From: Rhizodiscina lignyota
Lineage: Eukaryota
DNA length: 64,000 nt
Direction: 5' to 3'
NCBI GenBank assembly: GCA_010015805.1
Contig: ML978132.1
Span: forward strand, 372,001 to 436,000
A model generated the notes under the pieces. That model was given only the letters and a program-made list of their open reading frames with translations. It was not told the origin of the DNA and made no database searches. Below, in pieces: positions 1-13,322 of this stretch. Position numbers and translations under genes: made by a program. The stretch's first letter is position 1, and every line of letters starts with the position of its first letter.

Positions 1-1136
1 AAGAACTACTCGCCCTAATCAAAGATGCATTCCCTCCAGACTTCCTGCTAGAGCAGTCCCATCCGTCCAGAATGACATCTCCGAGCCCAGCGAGCGACTA
101 TCGAAAAAAGTGGCTATTAAAACGCAGCGGATATTACAGCATGTATAAGCTAAATTGCATCGATAACGAAAGATCAAGAAGCAGATAATATCAAAAATCA
201 AAAAAGCGTGTCAGAAACCATCAAGAAGTCGAGAAGAAAAAGCACAACAAGCTTGCTGGTGAAGGCGTGCGGATAAAATGCGACTCGTAACCGTCATCAT
301 GAAGATCGCCTGCGCCACTCCCCAAAACTAATCGTAGCTACGCACCGACCACAAGAGTCGCCTTTGGTGCGTTGCTTGATGCTCGTCGTCGAATCATTAG
401 GGGGTCGTGAAAGACCAAAAACAAACAAAAGCTGTAAGGGGGCAAGTGGAGTCGTCAGAATGTTAGGAGGAAGCGGATAAGCCCAGCAGTTTGCCATCAG
501 AGCATCAGCCATCAGTGATTAAAAGATCCAGAGTAATGGATCTGGCGAACGAAAGCACCGAATACAAGCAAGTATGTAATACACGCGTCAGAAGGCACGT
601 TCAGATAAAGAGTCAGATGAGCCAGTGAGAGGAACTCCCATCCTATGAAATGTGTAAAAATCATCAGAAAACAGAGTACAAAATGCTGGAAGCTGAAAAA
701 CATTCGATATTTTCGCCGTTTACATGCTTCGTTTTTCGTGGTTGTCTTTTCCTCTGTGCAGTTAAATCAAAATTTCAAAAGGACCCGGAATCTTTCCCAA
801 ACATGTCGGAATTGGTCCGGTTATGCCTTTCGCAGTGTTTCCGTAAATGGTGAGTGTCGTTGTCGTGGACGGCGTGAGTTTGTTTCGAAAGAAATAAAAC
901 AGCTTTCTCTCTTGAGGGCGCGAGCCCTTTAGGTGGTGGATATTTGTCTACGATGTTTGATAGTCGTGACGGTCGTTTTACGTCGTATACGTCGTGATGA
1001 GGGTTGAGTTGGTACATGTGTGTGATTTCTTTCCCAAGATCGTCCGAAGTTGTTTGAGGGGGGTTTCGTATCGACTCGTTCGGACGCCATACACGGTCTG
1101 CGGCTGCTAGGTATGTGGATATTGTGTACGTCATCC

Positions 1137-3055
1137 TCATTCAACTACAATCTCGACCCCAGAGACACCTGAGTGACTGGAGGCGTCGTCACTTCCTCGG
1201 CCGTGATGTCCGTTGGTGCGTCTCGAGTTGGACGGATAGCCACCGCGTTCTCCCATGGGGCCACGAGGCTGTCGGGACGGCATGGCACCGGCACGGTCTC
1301 GGCCAGCATCATCAAAATTGCTGAACGAACGATGGCCGCCAATCGGACCCGGCGTGTCGCGCTCCCATGCCTGACGCATGCCTCGAGGACTGCCACCCGT
1401 GCCAAATCCGCCGCCCAGTGTCATACCACCGAGTCCATTGACAAGCAAGCTCTCATCGCGGTTTTGCATGCTCGCAGTGGTGGGTGTCAAGCTCGGGTTG
1501 GTCGAAGGGCCGCTTTGGAAGCCCATATCGAATCGAGAGAGGTTCGTGTTCAGATTGGCAGGGAAGCTTGCAGTTGACTGAGCCGGCGAAGGCGTGTACG
1601 AGCGAAGATCAGCGTAAGACTTTGCAGCACGAAGGTTAGGATGGGTATTGAGTCCACCAGGTTCAGAGAACCCAAGGAATCCAGAACCCTGTCGGCCGAG
1701 TGTGCCTGAAAAGTCCTGACCGCGCACATCGCTGAAGTCTGTAGTCGCAGCGCGGTTGAGCGCACGCCGATGCGGATCGTGAGGCATCTGAGGAATGGGA
1801 GGACTCATGTTCTGTGGCATGTCGCGGACACGGAAGACGTGAACTTGACGCTGGTCTCCAAGACCTTTAGCAACATGTGCAAGGTTCATGTGATGCGCAA
1901 GCGTATGTACTGTTCGCCGTTCGTGCGGAGTAAGTGTAGGCGGGAAGGTCATCGTGTCTCTGGCCTGATCTTCTTTAAACAGCAAGAGCTGCGAGTAGTA
2001 TTTCAAGACTTGGGGATCGTTAAGGTCGCAATCTGAAACATAAGTTAATGGTGCGTCGACAGTGACGCGTAACGCGCATGGAGCAGACGTACCAAGCTTC
2101 ATGTTATTGTTCCTTGCGGAAACAGGAGATGGAGATGGATTTGGGACGTGAGACGACGAGATGGACTGAAGAGACGGTTGTTGATGGAGGCCGGCTGGCA
2201 CACCCGGTTGCTCATGTTGTGACTGCAACTGGCCTCGTCGCTCTCTCTTCTCGCGTTCGATCCTCTCTCGTTCTGCAGCTGGAAGCATCTTCTTGTACTC
2301 AACCCTGAGTTTGCGACCTTGAAGCTCAATCTGGTTCAACGACTCAATAACCATTGCAGTCTCTTCTGGTGTTGTGAAATTTGCAAAAGCAAGACCACGG
2401 AAGACTCCATTATCGAAGTGATAGTTGAACGCATAAGGCAGCGGCAGGCGCATGTCCGTCATGAGCTGAACAAGTTGTTCCTTCTTCACAGCGAACGGAA
2501 TGTTCTTGATGACTATGGCCGTTGGAATAAGCTCTTCGTCAGGATCAGTACTGAACATGTGCTCTCGAGTCAGCTGTGGCATGGGCGGAAGGCCAAGGCC
2601 GCCAGGCATTATTGGCATCGGTGGCGGTGTCTGTTCGAGTCCCCAAGCCTGCGACCGTGTCAGCATATGTCAAATTTTAATGTATGAAGGTTGTGGAGAC
2701 ATACAGGAGGCAGCGCAGTTCTTCTGCTAGCAGACTTTGACCTCATCGGCGCGCCAATAGTTTGGTTCTGGTTGTAAGGCATATGGTTAATGTTCCATCC
2801 GTCGTTGGAGCCAGCGAAGTCGCCGCCATAGTTTGGACCAAACGCAGTGTTGATTCTGTCTCCAGTCAACCTTGGAAGACTGCCAAAGCCTTGCGAGCCG
2901 TGGTCTCCTCCGAGGCCATACAGGCCCGTATTCATTGGCACATTTCCATAGTCTTGAAATCCACGCGAGGGCTGTCGAGGGAGCGCTGGATGACGAAGAG
3001 AACCAGGAGAGCGCGGGGCTTGATTGTCGTGATACATGTCTTGGTAGCTGCTCAT
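1137..3055 (-). CDS. RRM + R3H RNA-binding protein (PIN4/Cip2-like), 3 exons
   Basis: RRM motifs TAIVIKNIPF and FRGLAFANF; R3H motif ERRTVHTLAHHMNL. Introns at 2649-2704 (GTATGT..CTGAC..CAG) and 2033-2092. Start taken at MSSYQDM. Confidence 0.85.
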
Positions 3056-5615
3056 GTTGGGCAGCAACGGAGTTTGTACTTGTGAAGTGAAAGGCTTCAG
3101 AGGTAATGACAGTGGGTTCTTCGCGTAGACGTCGTGAAAAGTCGTCGTGAGCTTCGTTAGAGGGTTACAGCGACGGAGTCATCCGCTCTCGAGTTGTGAG
3201 TACGCCGTGAGTTGGATGGCTAGCTGCGCGAGAGGGTGGAGGAGTGGCGGGATGGAGGGCGTTGCGTGTGCAGCGAATGGGCAGGTGGACAGCAGGGCCT
3301 CTGCTCGACGTGTCGCCAAGGCAGTACCTATTTCGAAGTACCGTCGGCGACGCCCCAGGGTGCCTGGAGCTCTGATGCAGATGACAGGCGGCTGCTCTCA
3401 GTGCGGTGCGTTGCACCTTGTGGGACGCACAAGGCACAAGGACAACAAGAACTGCAGCGCGCTGATCGCCAAGCGAAGCCGCTGTTGCTGCGGGAGGCGT
3501 TTGCTGGCGTGGACCAGGTAGCACAGGCTCGACGCAGCGACTGCACGTGTGCCGTGTGGAGCGATGCTGGAGTGAGAAGGGGAAAGGCCGTGAGAGAAGA
3601 GATGGAAGAGGTGCAGAGGTGGAAGAGTGAAGCGACAGGCAAAACGCTCACGGCGGTCAAATTTGCCCACAGACCGCACCCGAAACGGACTAGCGCGCTC
3701 GGTCGTCTGCCAGGTGCTGGCAGGTGCTGCGAAGGAGGTGGAGGGCACGAGAACAAAGCGCGGCGGTGCAGCTCTGCACGCAATTCTCGCGGTGGGTGTG
3801 AGAGCTCTGGTGACGCTCAGGACGAATATGAAAAGATGCTGCTGCCGCTCTGGGGGTGTGGTGTGCAAAAGGGCGACAGGGGAGTCTCGTAAGTTATTTA
3901 TTCGAGCTCCCCTTATGACGACGCCGGATTGGCCCCTTTTCGCCTCGACAGATTCGCGGATGGGCAGGGCAAATGAGATGCGCTGCTCGATGCCTCCCCA
4001 TGCCGCTCCGCAAGTCGTATTGCGAATGGCCACGCCCACACAGCTCGCTGAGGCACCGCTTGCTGCCACTCCTCGACGCTCCTCTGCTCCACCACCCTCC
4101 CCCTCCGCAAGCAGCGACTCGCAGCAGCCCCGGTGCCTGCCAATAGTGTAAGGGGCTGCTCGAGCGTCCTGCCATGCAACCGCAACACGGCGAATTAAAA
4201 CGCACATCTCGCCTGCGCTTAGGCGGACTGCCCAGCACCTTCAAATGATCGCCCTTTATTAGCTCGCCATGCACGCCGGCCTCAGGGACGCTCAGGGAAC
4301 CTCAGCTGCTGACTGCGGCTCAAAGCTACCCGCGCATGCACTTGAATGACTCTGTCGCCTCGTGGCAACGCGAGCAGCTTCCAAAACCGCGCGTTTTCAG
4401 CGCGCTCGTGTCTTCGCGACTCACCATCCTCTGGCAGAATGTCGTTTGCGCGGTGTGCGGAAAGGGGCTAGTGATGGAGGGTCAGTTAGAGTCAGTTCCT
4501 TGTCCTTCCACACGCTCCACGCTCCGGGCCGTGAATAGCGTAGCAACGGCGTGGAGATTTAACACTCTGCTCAGACGAGTGCATGACAGAGCCCAAAATC
4601 GGATTTGCAAGCACGGGGCCCCCGGCACCGCCAGACCCAACGGGTTTCCGTACGCTCCATGCCTTGAGGGGAGCGGCTTGCTTTTTCTCCTGCAGGCGAC
4701 CCGACAAACTCGACAGAAGACATCGGAAAGTTTAAAGCGTCCCCGAAAAGGAGCGGCCTGTCCGTATAGAGAAGTGCAGAAATTAGTGAGATCACGAACA
4801 TCACATCGAAAGAAATGAGCCGCCGGGGTGTTTGACAAGCTTCTGAATGGACTTCAATAACGGCCCTCGAATTTGCCAGCTTCATCGACGGCAAGGTTTC
4901 AACAGCCGTCTCCACAGCCGTATCTTACCAACACTCCGGTCCGGGAGACGGGCGAGGATCAGAATCGACGCCACAATCACAGGGCGTTCTGCATGTCCAG
5001 ACGAAGCGGGACAAGGCTGTAGAGGTTGTCGCAGGCCTGCCGCACAGCTCGAGGAAAAATTCTTCGAAGGAACACATCCGAACCTTCTGCCGCTCCGAAG
5101 CTGCGAGAATTTTCTTGGGCTGCCCGTGCCGTGTGACTGGTTGGCCGACACGCCGTAGCTGTTTCCAAGCGTTCCACTGGCCGCATATCAAGTCAGACCC
5201 GTGACTTTGTGGAGGGACGTTCGTGCATCTGACAGGACACGACTCTCAAACATAACGCCCTTAAAGTGACTAAAGGAGGCCGTCTTGCAGAAGATATGGG
5301 CTTAGAGAGAGCATTTTGCATCGTAGCCGCTCATGGGTTGAAAAGTAAGGCTGTATTTTACTGCTTGAGGAATGGCCCTGCGGGCATAAATTGCAAATCG
5401 GGTATGAACCCCTCGGAAGGATTTCATACCTCGAGGAATCAAATCGACGTATATCCGTGTCTCATAGCGATCGTCTGCTCCCTCGGGCCTCACTTAAACG
5501 GTTTCATGGTTGTAAAACGCAGATCTTAGCGTCAAAACTAGGTCAGTTCAGCAAATTTATTGAAGGTCATTTGAAATGGACTATTGTAACGCACGCAGAC
5601 ATGAGGCGCCATGTC

Positions 5616-6995
5616 TCAGACAAAGTCGACAGATCTGCTCCACTCGTCGTCCCCTATCTGACGGAACTCTACGCCTTCACCAAAGTATCCTGCATCGTTC
5701 CACGCCGACATCGTATGCCCGTCATACGGGCCGTGGTGCTCCCCGCCGTCGCGTGCATCAGACCAACGGTACTCCCATTGCTTGATATCGTCTGCTGCAG
5801 CGGCTGCTGTGCCGTTCTCATGCCCTGCATGCGCCGGCTCGGCCCAGTCCTCACCAGTCTCGCTGCGATACTGCCGCATCAGTAGCTCGCGCTCTGCGTC
5901 GTAAATCTCTGTCTGACCCCGCGTGAGAAGTTGATCTGCCGCACCTGTGATGGTTTCGACTTCCTCCTTCCGCTTGACCTCGTTGGGATCTTCCGCCTCC
6001 TTCTCCGCATCAACGTCCATGGCGTCGCCATTGTTCTTCCGCTTGTTCTTCTGCCACTTGGGCTTCGGTTTTGACTTGCCCTTGCCGAGCCTCTGCAGAG
6101 CTTCGAGTACCGTTTCGCCCTTCTCGAGCCTCGAGATGAGTGTATTCAAGATGTCGCTGGTCAAGAGAGAGTCCTGCTCAACATCCTTCCGTCTGCGCTC
6201 CTCGTCCCTCTTCTCCTGTGCCTCCCTCGCCTTCTTTATGTCTTTCTTCGATAGCCCTTCCAACCACGAATCGTGCACGGCATCCGGATCCGCCGCCTTC
6301 CTAACATAGTTCCCACTCTCATCGAACCTGCCCTCCTCTCCCTCCTGCTTCATATTGAATGCATCCAACTTCGGCGCATGCTTCTTCTTCGCACCCGCGC
6401 CCAGCTCCTCATCAACATCGCTGCCCACCCTGTCCCTCTCCTCCTCCCCACCACTCTCACTACTCTCCTCCACCTCCTGATCCCTCGCCTTTGCCTTCCC
6501 ATTCAACGTAAAATCCGCCGCGACATGCCCCCCACTCTTACTACTCGAGACCTGACCCTCAATCTCATCCGCATCCAGAAATCTAACCGCCTTTTTCTTC
6601 CCCTTCCCCTCCTTTGCCAAATCCTCATCCTCGTCCCCATCTTTGAACTCCTCCTCCAAGTCTGCGAACATGTCGTTCTCCTCCTCATCCTGCGTCTTCG
6701 TCTCATTCTTCGCCGCTTTGGCCTTCTGGTCCGCTCGTGCGTCGAAATTGTCCGTGCTACTGTCCGAATCGTACCCATCGATGTTCACGGCGCTGCGCTT
6801 GGTCGCCTGCCCGCCCTTGCCAATTTCGTCGAGCTCGAGGATCGCATCTTCTTCGGGGGCATCGGGCGCGAGGGTCGATGGGTTTCGGGCGTCGAAGCGC
6901 GGCTTTTTCGAGCTGGGTTCGGAGTCATCGTGTGTGTGGAAGCGAGCGAAGTCGTCGCCGGCGCGTTTGGGACGGGGGACGCTGCGAGAGGACAT
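5616..6995 (-). CDS. LIN1: U5 snRNP 52K / CD2BP2 / Lin1-like GYF-domain protein
   Basis: Intronless 459-aa acidic ORF with AFNMKQEGEEGRFDESGNYV, a DSWL motif and a C-terminal GYF domain (WEYRW..HGPYD..MSAWNDAGYF). Confidence 0.85.
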   Translation of the reverse strand: MSSRSVPRPKRAGDDFARFHTHDDSEPSSKKPRFDARNPSTLAPDAPEEDAILELDEIGKGGQATKRSAVNIDGYDSDSSTDNFDARADQKAKAAKNETKTQDEEENDMFADLEEEFKDGDEDEDLAKEGKGKKKAVRFLDADEIEGQVSSSKSGGHVAADFTLNGKAKARDQEVEESSESGGEEERDRVGSDVDEELGAGAKKKHAPKLDAFNMKQEGEEGRFDESGNYVRKAADPDAVHDSWLEGLSKKDIKKAREAQEKRDEERRRKDVEQDSLLTSDILNTLISRLEKGETVLEALQRLGKGKSKPKPKWQKNKRKNNGDAMDVDAEKEAEDPNEVKRKEEVETITGAADQLLTRGQTEIYDAERELLMRQYRSETGEDWAEPAHAGHENGTAAAAADDIKQWEYRWSDARDGGEHHGPYDGHTMSAWNDAGYFGEGVEFRQIGDDEWSRSVDFV

Positions 6996-8014
6996 TGTAG
7001 TGGTGGGAACAGTGTAGGAAGGGTAGCGGAGCTATTATCCAAAGTAGTGGTGGAAAAATCAAGTTGAATGAATCCCGTGCATAATGAGGGAGAAGGAATT
7101 GTAGGTATGGATTGCGTGGAGGAAGCTCACGGTTCACCTTATGGATTCAGGTTGGAGCTCTTCTCGACTCTCGTCATAGCGCGGACGCTAACCCAAAAAT
7201 GGCAAGCCCTCAGCAACATTGTCCTCTCGAGTACTTAAGACAGCACGTGTTCAACATAAATGTAAGATATCTTTATTAATTCGCATACGATTTTCATGTC
7301 GCAATAGAATGCATGATCACGAGGATTTGCTCATGCTGGAAGTCAAGATGGTCAACGTTTCCCTCTTCCTTTCGCATGTCTACAGTCTACTGTCTTGTAT
7401 CCCCCAGTTTCGCCAGGTCTCATCCTGTGTGGCTTAATTTACTCGTTAGCAATCGTCATTCAGCCTAACACTTCTCACACATATATGCAGAAGGTATAAA
7501 ATGGGAGATGCTTTTTCTTGAACCTCCTCGCTACCTACTCCTCCAAGACAACCCAAACGGAAGTTCAAGGATGCGGATATGCCCCTATTACGCTGTTTGA
7601 CGCGCTAACGGTTGCAGCGGCGCCCAATTTCCTTTTCGGTGAGCTAGGATTTCGCAGATGTACGAAGGATATGCCAATTGTTGGAAGCCAGAGCGCCGCG
7701 ATAAGCGCTTCTTGTCACTCATCTGCGAGCAATCTCAATGCCACATACAGGCCACTCAAGTAGGACACGATAACCTCATACATATACGAGATTGATCAAG
7801 TGTCTACCCTTGCTGAGACGACGAGAACATAAGCCCAGATAGAGAGGGGCCCTACCGCTCACGCAACGGCCTCTCAACGTAAGCACCTTGGAGTCACTGG
7901 AATGATATAAAGAGAGCGCTTACGCTCCCTCGCATAGAAGCAGTGTTGAGATCTGTGTCGCAAACTTTCCAAGCTATCCCCGGCAGGCGTATCTGTTCGT
8001 TTTCAAACCCGAAA

Positions 8015-8632
8015 ATGCTGGACGCTGTTGTGGCGTTACCTGAGTGTCAAGAGGTCGGGTCACCGATTCCAGGGAAGTCTTATGTGTAGTATTATGCATA
8101 CTGAGTTAAATGTCTCGGATTTGTGGTAGATTCTCATGAGAATTTAATGCTAATATTCAAGTTCCATTCCGCCAAGGCAAGAGAATGAGATGGTACAGGC
8201 CGTGGGTAGAGTGCAAAGCCAGACAACACAGTATCCATCGGAACCCGCCCGCAGCTCGATAGCGCGGTGACCAGGTTCGATCAGCACTTTGTGAACATCA
8301 GCTGGCATGCGACACTAGGCCCTTTTGCGGATGATGCCGACAAAAATGGGTTGCGTCATGGGCAGCAAGATGCGCACGAATTCTTGCTGTTCGTCGCGGA
8401 TTATTTGCGCCAGGATAACCGGCCACTGCATACGGATACCATAGGGAATTCCTCTCAGATTTATGAAGGCCATCACCATGGCCTCAAGGTGATGATGTTC
8501 GGCGGCGGTCCGCATGTTGTTGCCGAATATCAGCACTACGCGACCGTGATGTGGGTGCTTCAGTCGGATTGTGGGGTCGCCATGTTCAATCACGGCACCA
8601 ATTTCTGCCGAGGACAAGAGTCTTTCGAATAG
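8015..8632 (+). pseudogene. Probable ubiquitin-specific protease (USP/UCH) gene remnant
   Basis: Contains GQQDAHEFLLFV, a USP-type motif, but has in-frame TGA/TAG upstream and no Cys box or His box. TATAAA at ~7907, ATG at 8015. Confidence 0.4.
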
Positions 8633-8789
8633 GTGTCTCTTGTGATAATGAGAGGTAGCTTCCTTTATAGAGCTCCCACGTCGCTTGATTGTTAATTGTC
8701 CCTCCTGGACCCCTCCTTCCAGGTCGGCGCCTACTAAAACTCCGCGAGAAATACTATCATCGCCATGCATCTGGAGAATACGAAGGGTA

Positions 8790-9560
8790 TCAAACCAGCT
8801 CCTTCCTCAAGGAACTTGCCCAAAGCATCACTCCGTCTCCGACGGGATACTTCGGCGCACCTTTAAACTTCACATAACCCCTCCTGATATACCAATCTTC
8901 ATTGCTCGTCCCACGTTGCGGGGGCTCCTCGCCCTGCGTCTTCCACCACCCACGCCACTCCTCACGGTCGTCTTCGAAATACCGCCGGTCCAAGGTGTCG
9001 ACAGCAATAGCCTTGCAATTCAGAGTGCCGTATGGTGGGACCCTTGCCCAGGATTCGAGGATGTCCATTGCACGGCTTGCAAGGCCCAGCGAGCGATATG
9101 TCGGGAGGATGAAGAGAGAGGCGATTTTGCATAGCGTGCCATCCGGATTGGCGAGATCTACTTCTAGTGGGTGGCCGGTCCTAGATAGAGCAATGTGGCC
9201 GACGCGAATGTAGTTTTTCTTCTCGTCCTCGCTGTTGGTACTTTCCGTGTTCGAGTCGAGGAGTGGAGCGGTGCTCGTTGTGGTAGTGAGCTTTTGGGAT
9301 GAAGCTTCGACTTTAGTATTTGGTGGGTCCAGCGGGTTCGTCGTTATCCAGAAATTTGAACGGAGGCCATCGTCTTGATCGTTCATCCAATTGTTGAGGC
9401 TGGAAGGTTCCATATCCCAACCACAAATTTTGCGCTGGCGGAGGAGTTCGGCAAACTCAGGCTCATTGTGAAGGTTCATCGGTTGGAGGACACATTCTAC
9501 TTTTAATTTTACATTTTGAGAGTTTTTCTCATTCTTCTTCGTGTAGTTCGACAGGTCCAT
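8790..9560 (-). CDS. GNAT-family N-acetyltransferase
   Basis: Acetyl-CoA motif A-like IASLFILPTYRSLGLASRAM and C-terminal WYIRRGY. Start taken at MDLSNY; the ORF is open up to 9680. Confidence 0.75.
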   Translation of the reverse strand: MDLSNYTKKNEKNSQNVKLKVECVLQPMNLHNEPEFAELLRQRKICGWDMEPSSLNNWMNDQDDGLRSNFWITTNPLDPPNTKVEASSQKLTTTTSTAPLLDSNTESTNSEDEKKNYIRVGHIALSRTGHPLEVDLANPDGTLCKIASLFILPTYRSLGLASRAMDILESWARVPPYGTLNCKAIAVDTLDRRYFEDDREEWRGWWKTQGEEPPQRGTSNEDWYIRRGYVKFKGAPKYPVGDGVMLWASSLRKELV

Positions 9561-10298
9561 GCTAGAAGGTCGACCGGAAGGTGATCCAAGGGACTTCTTA
9601 GCACTCGAGGGTCCGCGGCTTCCAAATTCTACTACGAGCGCAAGTTGAAAGTCTATGTGGATTGCAAGAGTCTCAATCATTTAACGTTCAAATCAAAAGG
9701 TAAATGGCGGGGCGTTTGTGATACCAGTCACAACTACGATGAGTCAACGAATCGGATAAGTTACGTGGACATGCATACAATCTGAATCTGGAACAAGAAA
9801 ATGATAGGCCGGGTGCAAGATTCGACTCAAGAATACCTACTAGTTTTGAAAGCACTGAAGACATAAGCGGAAATTACTTCAGTTGGAAAACATCGCGTGT
9901 GTTCGTATCTGGAACGCGTCTAACACGTTTGGTGTTGAGTAACAGGTTGAGAATAACTCCAACTTCATTGAATAACTTGACCAAAACTCAACTATAGGAA
10001 AAAGAAACACCCGGCTGTAACGAGCGAATCTCGGTGAACGGTCGAGAAGAAGGCAAATAAATTTTAGGAACAGGTCTAGTAGCGCTCCAGAACACAGGCT
10101 TGGCATTCGAAACGTCATCCCGCACGATCGACGCGTGCCCTGGGGGAAGCTATCACCGAGCTTCAACTTTCGACCTTAAGTTTCTCTTCCAACATTAACA
10201 CCACTTCGCCTCCTCCTTGCCCTATAACCTTAACACTACGGACGAGACTAAGCTCTGGTGCCGTAAACTTTCAGCTCTCCCTTCTCACCTCCCTCAAA

Positions 10299-11428
10299 AT
10301 GGTGAGTACCCTTCTCTGTGCCGACTACTGCCGTGACTCTGATACAGCTTCTAGTTCAGTGGCGGGTGGAATGAAGGCGACATGGACATGTATCAACAGG
10401 CAATGTTGCGTCGACAAGGCGGTCCACGTCGATTCGATGAATACTTTCGGTGCTATCCCATCGTGATGATGCCAGGCCCAGAGCGCGACGAGGCGAACCA
10501 CGGCGGCAAAGTCTTCCTTCCACCTAGTGCTCTAGACAAGCTCACACGGCTACACATCTCGTACCCTATGCTGTTCGAGTTGACAAATGGTGCGAAGGAG
10601 AAGACTACACACGCAGGAGTGCTCGAGTTTATCGCAGAAGAGGGAAAGATATACTTGCCGTACTGGCTGATGCAGGTGTTGGGCCTTGAACCGGGAGATT
10701 TGCTGCAGGTCAAGTCGACAGATCTGCCTCCAGGACGCTTTATCAAGCTCCAGCCACAGTCGCCTGCCTTCCTCGAAATATCCGACCCAAAAGCGGTTCT
10801 CGAACGCGCGTTTCAAGGCTTTGCATGTCTCACGACCGGCGACATCTTTACCTTTGCTTACAACGAGAACGTCTATCACATTGCGGTACTAGAAACGAAG
10901 CCTGAAAATAGCAAGAAGGCTATTTGCACACTCGAGACCGATTTAGAGGTCGACTTTGCCCCTCCAGTGGGTTATGAGGAGCCAAAACGAACCAGCGGTA
11001 CGAGTACGCCACGAAGTGTCGCGTCCGGCAGGGGCGCATTGTCAGGGCAGGGTGGCACGTTGCATTCGCATGGCACAATGGCTCAGGCCATCAATTATGC
11101 TGCTATCGCCCCGTCGTCGACTCAAGCAGAGGCCGGAGCTAAGGCCGTGTCATCAAACTTCTTGACTGGTGGCCACAAGCTGGCGAGTAAAAAGGGTAGT
11201 AAGGCTCCGACTCCGAAACCATCGACCCCAGTCGCCGGAGCTTCAACGAACCCATCAACCACAGTACGAAGGCACGGGCCGCAACCCCTGCGGTTGGCAC
11301 CTGGCAAGCTGTTTTTTGGTTACGAAATCAAGCCGGTCAAGAAGAAGGGCGAACCGGCGGAGGATGAAGGAGCGAATCGGTTCCAAGGGGAGGGCCAGAC
11401 ACTGCGAAAGAAGAAGGGCGACAAGTGA
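10299..11428 (+). CDS. UFD1: Ubiquitin fusion degradation protein Ufd1
   Basis: GGKVFLPPSALDKL, THAGVLEFIAEEG, ETDLEVDFAPPVGY and C-terminal SHP box FQGEGQTL. Exon 1 is the ATG alone; intron 10302-10354 joins in frame. Confidence 0.96.
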
Positions 11429-13188
11429 GTTTTGAAACGATGGCGTCACGTTCAGCTGTTCCCCCACTTGCATGGTGCTTTGGCAGGCGGCGGAGCTGAG
11501 CGGATCTGAAACTCATCTTGCATTTCATGGCGTTCTGTTGATCAATGCATGGCATGGCATTTCCAAATTCGGCGCGCCGTCATGGGACGCGGAGCAATGA
11601 CTGGTCAGGACACTTATCGCAATCTAGAAATGGAATCGGCTCGGTTAGAAATAAACGATTCAGAAGCGATCTGCCTGCTGGCCGAATGTGTCGTGTGTTC
11701 CTTGCGTGCGTCCGAAGTAGAGAGCCGCTGCTGGATCGGGCCAGTCTCCGGCAGCAGTGTTCCGCCCAATATGAACAAGTTCCCACGAGCATCCGCTTTG
11801 CTCTGATTACTACGAACGAGCCGCCAGATTACGGATACCTAGGATCGCGAACACCGCCTCGCGAATGAGCAATGCATTGGCACGCTGCATAGTGAATGAT
11901 TCCAACGCGCAGCAGATGACACTCTGACCGCGCAGCTTATGATGTCGCCCGCCACCGCTCTCTATGTATGGAGCACAAGTGTGGCTCGCACGAATGGGCA
12001 GCGCGGACGACGGTGAGCGAACGACCGCTCCCCTGTGAGGCGTCGCTATAACGGGCTACGATTCGTGGCGAGGTGCATAAGGCTGAATTGCCAGGGATCC
12101 GCCCATCCCAGTCGGAGTTCACCTCCAGCTCTCACGACTTCACCTCCTCACCTCCGTCACCCTCAATTGACCGCTCTCCGTCCGTACACGAATGCGAAGA
12201 GACCGCTTCGAAGAAAGTCTGCGATGGCTAGAGAGCAGCGGATCCTCGTCCCCCCCGCGTGGGTTTCTCCACATGCCACGGCATCTCGCGCTTCCTACAG
12301 GCTGGCGTGTGTTCGTCGTCAGACTGCCCTCATACTGCGACCTCGATTGTGCGGTCTATGTGCGCTCTCACGCGTTACTTTTGGAACGGCCGCGGTGCCG
12401 TGAGGCCTCCTCCATCCGCTCTTTATTCGTCTGACCCTTGCCCGCCTGCTCGTTCTCTTGTGGCCCCGGACAATGTCGGCTACCTGCACGTCATCGCGAC
12501 ACGACAAAGTCCACGACCTGAGGCTGGTGCCGTCGCCCGTGCGGCCAGAGTTTCCCCTTTACGGCCGACTTGCGGCTTCCGTGTAAGCTCTCGGGTGGCT
12601 TGAACGCTTGAGAAATCAAATTCACGCCCTATGATATCGCTCCCTTCGTTTGGCTTCTATGCTTAGGCATCTCATTTCTACCTCCGACCCCATCTATCCC
12701 CACACTTGTCAATTACCTTTCTGAGCCCCATTTCTTCCGCTGCCACACACGCCTTTTCCTCCTCTAGGTCGCATTTACTATCCGGGTCTCGATCTGGACC
12801 AATCTCTCTCTCCAATCACGCGCGCCCCTGTGCCTCCGTTCGTGCAGCCCGCACCATCCGTGACAGCACCTATTGTCTCCACTTCCGTTGACCTTTCCTG
12901 TGGCTCAGTCTATCCTCAGATTCTGTAATATCGCTGCTGCTAAGAAGCTTGTCATGCTGCCTAACGTCGTCCTATTCTCTCCGTACACGTCGCTCACTTC
13001 TCTTCCACGCCATTTAAGTCGCTTCCGCCCCTTCTCATAGGGCTGAACTATCACCATCCACCACAATTCTTACCACCTGCTTGACTGCACTTTAATCGCT
13101 TCTGCTTCTCTTTGATACCCTTTGCGCGTTCATCGTTACATTGCTAGCGTCATCGTCCATCTGTTCAATTATCTGCGTTTGACGTTGT

Positions 13189-13212
13189 ATGGGAAGAGGT
13201 GGTTACAATTAA
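13189..13212 (+). other. 7-codon micro-ORF MGRGGYN* (candidate uORF or micropeptide)
   Basis: ATG GGA AGA GGT GGT TAC AAT TAA, a purine-rich island in a pyrimidine-rich leader, 110 nt upstream of the 48-aa ORF. Confidence 0.45.
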
Positions 13213-13322
13213 AGTCGACCTGACAATCACCTGTTCGCTGTCCCTGTCTCTCGGCCGCCGCCTTGTGCTTACATTACCCTAATCCGCCTACAAGCCACAC
13301 AACGCCGATCGCCAACCTCAAC

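Noticed and set aside
3100..5600. Many overlapping 100-270 aa ORFs upstream of the RRM/R3H gene
   Set aside because: GC-rich leader/promoter sequence. Products are Arg/Ala/Cys-rich with no motifs, and ORFs occur in all frames.
5947..7067. Long + strand ORFs, for example the 264-aa ORF at 6273-7067
   Set aside because: Antisense shadows of the codon-biased LIN1-like CDS.
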